A stretch of DNA of 43,908 bases, filler included, from Jimgerdemannia flammicorona (Eukaryota), in NCBI GenBank assembly GCA_003990765.1. It is 2 parts of 2 records of this genome, joined end to end, with 100 filler letters (N's around TTAATTAATTAA, not from the genome) between each part and the next. Parts side by side here need not be neighbours in the genome. Positions count along the whole stretch, not along the records: positions 22,005 to 43,908 come from RBNJ01001369.1; 1 more part is not named here. One strand, written 5' to 3'. The translations under genes were made by a program, and so were the position numbers. The notes beneath the pieces were generated by a model that saw nothing but the letters and a program-made list of their open reading frames with translations, did not search any database and had not been told where the DNA came from. How positions within the stretch are numbered: the first letter of the stretch is position 1; each line of letters opens with the position of its first letter. Below, one piece after another: positions 35,826 to 43,908 of the stretch.

Positions 35826-38436
35826 AGAGAGAGTTGTTAGTGAATCTGGAGAGTAGGGTGAAGAAGAATGCTGGTAGAACTGCAGTTATAGAGAAAGTCA
35901 AAGCAAGTGTCTGAATTGGTGAAGAGGGAGAGAGTGTAGAGAAGAGGCCAGAAGTGAACAAGGAGGAGACTAGTTATGACCCATATGTAAATGACACATT
36001 CAAGATCTAAGAGGACTCCCCAACTCCTACTTCTCTTATTAGGTAAGGTCCAGCTTCAAGGGACAGAGTGGCAGAGGATGTACCTATATGGGGGGAGGGG
36101 CCCAGCAAGTATACTTTGGAGTTTCTGAGGTAGCAAAAGGGGCCAGATGGTGGTAGTTAGTAAGAATAAACTAGTGGATGTCTAAGAGGAGGGGTGGGAT
36201 GAGACTATGAGTGCAGGGGCTGATACCATGATGCTGGATAGAGGAATATCAGTAACTTCAGGAGGGAAGGAGATGGGGAACCTACTATGGATATGCTGGA
36301 TGATGAATAACTTTATGGCAGAAGAGTTAGGAGAGATGGACCTAAGAGTGATAAGTGAAGAGTATTGAGCACAGATCTTACATGGTGATGGAGTGGTAGA
36401 GACACTGAAGGTAGATATTTTTGCAGTTTTTCTGAAGAGGAAAAGGTATGAGATTGATAAGGAGAGAGAGGCTGAGCTGGCAGTTGCAGCAGATGAGCAA
36501 GCTGTCTTCTGTTGGGCAGAGCATTATAGATTGCAGCTTTGGCAGGAGGTTTGCCTAGAGTATTATGAGGATTTCAAGGTGAAAGAGAATGGGAAACTTG
36601 CTGAACTACTGGTTAGATTGGAGGCTAAGAAGATTGAAGAGGAGAAGATGGCTGTTAAATATAATCAGGACTTGGCTCAGAAGGAGATGACTATGGAGCA
36701 GTAGAGGATATACTTGCTATTTTACAATATCCCTTATGAACAGTATAACTAATGTTTTTTCTTTAAATATAAATAGGTTATGAGATTCATTTAGACATTG
36801 AAATATTTTTGCTTAGCTGAAGAGATTAGAGGCCAATTTCTTTTTTTTTGCAAGATATCAGATGTGAGAATGATTTGAATAGACTGGAATAGATAAAGGA
36901 ATAGGGAGGTGAGGTGGTTTAGAAGAGCAAGGTGGGGATTCTGGTCTAGAGGAGCAGAGGGGAGATATAAGATATGAGGTGCTAGAGAGACAGACTGATT
37001 TGGGGAGAGTGAATATGACCAGATTGGAGGCTGGTGACAGTGAGTTTATGCTACTACTCTATGATATGGGGAGAACAAGTGGATTGGATGAAGGGACTTC
37101 AGGAGAGTGGGGCCCTTATAGAGGCAAGAGTAGATGTGCTTGGAGGGAACTTTAATATGGTCAGAGATGTACTGGTAGATAGAACTGATAGAGAGTGAGG
37201 GGCAGAGGACAGGAGTGGAGAGCTGGAGATATGAGAGAAGGTGAAAAGGCTAAGTGCTCTAGTGGATACTGGCAGGGGGTTCTGGGATAATAGGAGGATA
37301 TACATATACTAAATAAGTAGTCTAGAGACAAGGATCAACTGGGTTCTGATGGCAGACTGCTGAAGACTGAGTAATATGGGCTTCTGCTAGATTGGCTAGA
37401 CTTCTGGAAGGCTAGACAGGTTTGTTGACCATAGAAGGAGTGGAGGACTGGTGATTAATGTGGGTAAAATTGGAGGTTGAAGAGTTATAACAGGTATTGT
37501 GAGAGGAGGAGGAGATACAGATGCAGAGTTTGGTGGCTCACTTACATTGGCAGGGACTGAAGGAAGAGGAGAGGTCTTCTAAGTATCTCACAAGGGCCCT
37601 CTAGATGAGAAGGGTAAAGCAGAGGTGAGAGGGAGTACTAGATTCTAATGGCTTACTAGTGTATGAAATATAAGATATTCTTGGATTATTAAAGGAAAGG
37701 CGGAGCAATCTGTAGAGTGAGGAGGAGGGTGGGACTGATGCTGCTACTATTGACTGTACTTTAGAGGATTGGCACCCACTACAAGCAGAAGGATTGGGCA
37801 GATTAGTGATGCCTGTACAGAAGGAGGAGATTCTTCAGGTTCTTGCTATAACTATGCTAGGAATGGCACTAGGGGAGAATGATCTGCTCTGGGACTTCTA
37901 AAAGAAGATGGTAGAAGTCTCTGGAATACTGAGAGTACTGAGGACACTCTATAACTTAATACTATAGTCAGAGAGATAGGTGAGTGAGTCGGACCTGAGG
38001 CTGGTGGCACTGCTTTATAAGAATAAGAGCAGAAAGGAGAACTGGAAGAACTGGCAGCCAATCATGCTTCTAGATATAGACAGAAAACTGGTTACTAAGG
38101 TAGTGGTAGTAAGTTTGCAGAAGATAGCTTAGCAAATCTTAGGTGAGAAGCAGTAGGACTTTGTAGGAGGTCAGCTCATCTGGGATGGCACAGCCTGGGT
38201 ATATAGAGTTATTGAAGGGGCACAAGCTTGTAGACTGGATGGGTGTCTGGTTTTCTTAGATCAGGAGAAGGCATATAACTGTATTTAGTAGGTCTAGCTG
38301 GAGAAGGTTTTGGATAGGATTAGTAACTCATACTAGTTTTTGGTGGTAATGATCAGTCTACTGGAGGGGAGTAGAGCTGCTCTCATATGTAATAGACATT
38401 ACAGGGTAGTATTCCCTCTGGGTAGAGGTGTTTTAC

Positions 38437-41001
38437 TTTTTTTTTTTTTTATAGTTACTTGGTATTAATATAGCCATCTATCCTATATATAATACACTAA
38501 GCCCACCCCTATCTGATCCCTCTAGGGGCTCCTTCTCTCTCCACTCTCTCTTAATTAAAGACTACTAGACCATTAACTACCTCTACCTACCCACTACTCT
38601 GTCTATAAATCTCTTCTACCAGATAGTAGTAATGCTTACCCTGGGGACCCCATCCAACTCATCACTCTGTCAGTATATCTCCCATCAACCCCTCTAATCT
38701 TAACAATCTCTCCTATAGACCCAGCTATTGTCCCTCCTCAAAAATGAAGAGCTAATGTCCAGCTAGCCCTACCTATATAGCTAAAACCCACTCTACAGTG
38801 AGCTATTCATTGCCCACCCTACTTACCAACCTAGTTCTCAAATCTTCCCAGTGACCTCTCCCCCCCTCTGGTCTCCTCTTCACACCCAGCTGATCCCCTA
38901 TCACTATCCAAAAGTCCTCCAGAATCTTATACTCTCTCAGCCAATATTCTGGTGTCTACACAAATCCTCCAACTTGTCTAATATTGTAGCATGCTTTACA
39001 TTCCAGTAGACCACTATCCACCAGATACCTAGCATGGAAATTCAACATAACATTTCTCTGTAGCATCTGCCACCATACTACCCAGTACTTGGGAGGAAGC
39101 CACCTCCACACCTTAGCACTTCATATCTAGACTTCTGCTCAATCCTAGTTCTTATCAATCCTCACTGCTTGCCAACCACTAGGTTAAAGATCCTGACCAA
39201 GTTCTCTCTGATACTCCACTCTATCATCAATATCAAATTCAATAAGAGGAGTGTCCCCCAGAAGTAATCTGTCTCATCTCTACATAGCTAGTCTCTACAG
39301 TATCTCTCTTTATTACTATATCAGTATAAGTCAATGTAGTGTACTCTATCTGCTACCCCCCACCAGAAGCCTTTATACCACAGCTGATGGCTTCAACCAC
39401 TAAGCTCTCAGACAGTATAGCCTCTTAGGAAAGTCCACCAGTCCTAGCTCCTCTTGAACTACTGGTATTGAAAGGGTTTCCCAACTGATCTGAGACCATC
39501 TCTCAGCCCAAATCTAGTCTCTAGCTAGCTTTATCAGTCTCTTCACTACCCAAGCTGGAAAGTCCAAGTGATAGGCAATATACCACAGTTTAGGAAATCA
39601 GTAGATATTTAGAATCATTACTCAGTCTACCAGGGAGATATAGCAACCTCTCCAGTTTCAAAGTATCTCCCCCCAGATGGCCACCCTCCTCTCTCATCAC
39701 ACTCATGACAAGACTGATCCATATACTGAAAAGAAGATGCCTAGATATCTCACTACCTCTTCTGCTAGGATAATTGTTCCAATGACATCCCCTCCCACTA
39801 ATCCATTTCTCAGCACTATTGTCTCACACTTATGCTAGTTGAGTTTCACTCTAGAGTGTGCCTCATATCATTCTACTGTTTTCTTAAGAGTCTCAATATC
39901 TGCTACAGATCTAAGTCCAACTACCATATCATCTGCAAAGGCCCCCATCTTCTACACTATATCATAAATAGTGAGCTCTACCATCTTCTGTCAAATCCTA
40001 TCTATCAAAGGTTCTAAAGAAAGAGCATATAGAATAGGAGACAGTGGATCCCCCTAAGAAACTTCTCTCTCCAAGAGAAATGCTATACTCTGGTAACTAT
40101 TATACATTAGTGCCACCCTACTTCTCTCCAAAAAATTCAATATAGAAGCTTGAAATAGTAAGGGAACTTCTATTCTGTCTAGAACCTTACCCAGCCATAT
40201 CTGCCAAACATGGTCATAGACCTTCTCCTGGTTCAGAAAGACCAATCTCCCATCCAATCCACTAGCTCTTGCCTCTTCAATGACACTATGGACCCAGGTC
40301 ATCCCATCTCTAATAAGTCTGCTTTCTACAAAGCCCCACTGCTCCTCACTCAATACCTATTGGACAACCTTCTATAATCTTACCACAATCATCTTAGTTA
40401 CTATCTTTCTGTTTATATCTAGCAGCATGATCAGCCTCCAGTTCTTTCAATTCTCCCTCCTTCCCTTATCCTTGTACAATAGGGCCACTAGCTCTAGATT
40501 CTGCCCTCCCATCCACTGACCCCTCAGAAGAACAAAATCACAGAGAACTGCTATCTCACCTAATACCCCAGAGATTCCCACTATCTTCTTCCAAAAGTCC
40601 CAAGGTAGACTATTCTCTCCTAGTACTATACCAAACTTAGTTGCTATAAGAACTCTCTGGATCTCCTCCTTCTGGACCAGAAGGATTAAATCTCCCAGGC
40701 CCTCTACTTATGGTAGCTTCCAGTTCACCAGAGTGTCTCCAATTACCTCTGCATCAGTACTCCCTTCCTCCTCACTCTACAGACCCCTCCACTGCTCCTT
40801 CAGCAACCCCAAGATCTGTTGCATACTATATTAAGGACTCCATTCTACTAATATCACACCCTTCTCACCTGGAGGAGCCTTGACAAGTACCTAGTTGGCC
40901 TCTCCTCCTTCTCAAGCCCCTACCATCTCAACCTAGCTGCTATTCCTTTTATACACATCTTCTTCTCCTCTCTCAATACCTGTTGTAACTCTATTACTTC
41001 T
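38437..41001 (-). mobile_element. LINE-F: 5'-truncated family I LINE nested antisense in LINE-D RT
   Basis: T14 at 38437-38450 followed by ATAGTTACTTGG (family 3' end). Decayed 16 bp TSD at 38421-38436 and 41002-41017. RT remnants LVFLNQEKVYD. Confidence 0.9.
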
Positions 41002-41297
41002 GATAGAGATATTCTACAGGGGGACCCACTGTCTCCTATTCTGTATGCTCTCTCTTTGGAGTCTCCAATAGATAGAATCAGGCAGAAGATAGTTAGACTC
41101 TCAATATTCAGGATTAAGTGAAAAGTTGGAGCCTTTACAGATGATATGGTGGTTGGCCTGGATTCAATCACTGATATAAAGGAACTCAGAGAGACTATGG
41201 AGTAGTATGAGGCACACTCTGGAGCTTAACTCAATTGGCATAAGTATGAAATGATAGTGTTGAATAATGGCTTAGTGGGAGGAGATATCATTAGAAC

Positions 41298-41761
41298 TAT
41301 AATGGTTCTAGTTTCTTTAAGAGGAAGCAGCTAAATCTGGAAGTTCTAGTTGGCCTAAAGTAGCTTGAAGAGATACTTAAAGGTTCAAGTGTTCTCAAAG
41401 GATTTCTAAGAGAAAATATTCTGAGCTTTATTCAGGCAGAGAATAAGAATATTTATACATAATCTGAAAGAAAGATCTGGAAGAATCTTGGAAAGAAAGA
41501 GAAATGTCAAAAAATAAATTCTCAGCAAAGCTGACTAATACTATTCTACAATGTTCTAAAAGGTTCCATGACTAGGTAAGATAAGATACTTAGTGTCAAG
41601 AAAAGACAAAAATGTTCTAGTAGTGTCTGAGTGCTGAGAGAAGGTTTCTAAGTAAATAGAAGATGACAGAACATAGTAGAATGTTCAAGAAATAATAGGA
41701 AAAGACTAACTAAAAGATGTGAAAATATACTAAAACTAAATATGACTGTGAAATTGTTACA
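41298..41761 (-). repeat. Putative 3' LTR of the chromovirus
   Basis: TGTAACA directly after the PPT. TATAAATA near 41450-41457. Ends CCATTATA (probably decayed ..TTACA) at the LINE-D junction. Confidence 0.65.
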
Positions 41762-41774
41762 TCCCTCTCTCCTT
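41762..41774 (-). promoter_or_regulatory. Polypurine tract
   Basis: AAGGAGAGAGGGA abutting the TG of the LTR. Confidence 0.8.
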
Positions 41775-42084
41775 AAGAACCAACATTCTTGTTGAGTTTT
41801 TAGGTAATATAAGACTAAATATACTTAACCAAAATTTCTCAAACTTGTATTGATATTTTGGTAAGGATTGGCCATCCTTATATAGAGCAGAGGGCCTATT
41901 ACCAGACTAACCAACTGAGAGGAATTCAAACCTAGCTAGTAACTTCATTTCAGTGGACTTCTTATTTATTAAATATTCTGCTAGTTCTGGAGTCCCAAAG
42001 TAAACTTCTGATGCATAAGGCACTGGTCATTATCATAGGTCATTGATAATCCAAGGAAGTCACTACAGAGATTAGGCAATACAT

Positions 42085-42235
42085 TTTGCCTCAAAGTCTT
42101 GAACTAGATCTTGAGAGTTCTTAAGATTGACCAATGATTCTCATATTTAGGATAACCCATCCACTTGACTAGGTATTCAAGACAGCAGTAGCAGATTTAT
42201 TTGTTAGGAATTTTCTCAGCTTCATACTTGATATG
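42085..42235 (-). pseudogene. Chromodomain of integrase
   Basis: YEAEKI / EYLVKWMGY / ENHW aromatic-cage pattern, with a small frameshifting deletion. Confidence 0.85.
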
Positions 42236-42730
42236 GTTGTTAATAATTATAAGGGCAGAAGAATTAAGAATTCAACCAGAGTAGAGTGGTGACTAGTTCC
42301 AGGTCTTGAGATATGATACATGAAAGACTAGATATACTCTTATAGTTTCAGATAGCTTAAGATGGTAGGAGAATGCAGAGACCTATTCAGTGATCTCAAA
42401 AGGTCTAATATACTTGGGTTGGAACTTATTCAAAGGGTAGTTGACTTGAGATTATATCTTGAGGTTCTTGGTAGACAGTAGGACTTGATCTCCAATAGTG
42501 TAAGTAACATCATGACATTTCTTATCAGTATACTTGGCTTGATGCTGTTGAGTCTTCTGAAGATTTGCAGTAGCTATCTTGAGTAGTTTGTCCATTTTGT
42601 CTATAAGGTTCTTAGTGGTTAGGACTTATATTTGACTGGTTTTCTTGAAAGAGAATAAACTTGCAGGGGTCTTGGGATCTTGACTGTGAAGTAACTGAAA
42701 AGGGAAAAGACCAGTAGTGATACTCTCTCC

Positions 42731-43908
42731 ACTACCTTACTGGTTACAATGGTTTGGTAGGCAACCTTCCAAGTCTACTTTTCACAATTATTACTCCCTC
42801 TACCTCAGGTTGGTTTGTTGTACCTATTATAGAACAGTGGGAGGAAGGCAATGGTAATGAGTTGCCCCTTTATTGGTGTCAGATCAGTGTCTTCTCCACT
42901 TTTTCACAGTTTCTGGTGCCTTTGGCTGTGTCTAGAGTACATCTGTTTTGGTGCAGTGCCTTCTTCCTTTTGCTATTACCAACAAGGTGCTGTCTCAGTA
43001 TATCTCGGGCTATATAGGGAGTCAGCCAACCTTGGGCATCAAGTGTTCAGTATAAGTTACCTGTAGGTCCTCAGTGTCTGTAGTGGGACTCTCTGGCTTT
43101 GGTGAGCTTCCCAGCAAGTATAGTTCTAGTATAGGTGACTGTTTTTCAGGTGATATCAGGATGGGAGGGGAGATGGCCATTATAGATAGGAGGAAGGGTG
43201 ATAACAGTGAACCAGTAGAGTGCCAGGCTGGGAGCAGTCATTGGGACTGAAGTGGACAATATTTCAGTAGGGCCTTTTGATTGGCTGGTGGGGGGTGGGG
43301 CAGTGTAGGGGCTGGCATCCTGGCTGTACTCAATTGGAACCAGAAGCTGATGTAGCAATACAATTGAGGCCCACACTTGGGGAGTGGGACCTTCCTCATT
43401 TGACTATACCCAACTGAAACTGGGAGCTAATACAGCAATGTAATTGAGGTCTGCAGACTCAGGGAGTGGGAGTGGGGTCTTTTCTGGCCCTAGCCCATGT
43501 ATAAGTCCTTTGAGGAAGGTTCTACATATAAGTTCTTTACTCACCTGCTCTGAATCTGCTTTGCTCTCTATTGGTTGATTGGGGGGTTTTTTCTTTGCCT
43601 CAGGCTTTCTTTTGGGGTTTGGGGGGCTATTCTTTATTCAGTTCCAGTACTGCTAGATCTGATGCATAGGTGTACTCTTGTGTATAAATGATGATCCAAC
43701 CCTAGTGAGCAGACAAGTCTAGTCTATATCATGAGGGTCAATATAGCCAGTATTTGACAGGCATAGCTAGAGCAGTGAGACTATTGAATAGTTTAGTAGC
43801 CTAGATTAATGGGGGAATATTGTTCAGTGGGTGGTGGGGGAGGGTTTTGGCCTATATAGTCTAGGTTCCCTTCCAATAAAAATCTGTGGGACTATGAGTC
43901 TGTTAAAA
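42731..43908 (-). mobile_element. Unclassified decayed element interrupting the chromovirus integrase; possibly ORF1 of a different LINE
   Basis: Integrase homology stops abruptly near 42730. CpG-depleted, with a C-rich minus strand and a mostly open Pro/Ser/Thr-rich frame at about 43146-43770. Weak ORF1-like FYWKGT*TI...IPPLI. Confidence 0.3.

Larger units (their letters stand above)
28728..41297 (+). mobile_element. LINE-D: old family I LINE in three pieces (28728-29972, 35843-38436, 41018-41297)
   Basis: 5' motif near 28734. ORF1 resumes in register after LINE-E. ORF2 ATG at 36736. RT PLGRGV|xQGDPLSP resumes after LINE-F. Internal deletion near 37370. Cut at about 41297 by a chromovirus LTR. 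Confidence 0.88.
41298..42730 (-). mobile_element. Chromovirus (Ty3/gypsy) 3' end: integrase C-terminus, chromodomain, PPT, 3' LTR
   Basis: TGLFPFQLLH, AKYTDKK..TYTIGDQVLLST, KFQPKYIRPFEI (GPF), VFHVSYLK, then YEAEKI...EYLVKWMGYPKYENHW...NSQDLVQDFE. Confidence 0.88.

Overview
Eukaryotic, gene-free window made almost entirely of nested, mostly decayed retrotransposons. The host is most plausibly a fungus; this is inference. I see seven copies or fragments of G-rich L1/Tx1-like non-LTR retrotransposons (ORF1 plus APE-endonuclease/RT/zinc-finger ORF2) from two related families. Three have identifiable 16-17 bp target-site duplications, and one (16430-21904) is nearly intact. There are four Ty3/gypsy pieces. 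Two carry dUTPase in different positions (PR...dUTPase versus NC-dUTPase-PR), one is an RT/RNase H/integrase fragment, and one is a chromovirus 3' end with chromodomain, PPT and LTR. Older layers show progressive C->T/G->A decay, CpG first and then CpA/TpG, which is RIP-like. An artificial N-TTAATTAATTAA-N linker at 21905-22003 means the two halves may not be contiguous. No host genes, RNA genes or CRISPR arrays are supported. All alignments and counts were done by eye.
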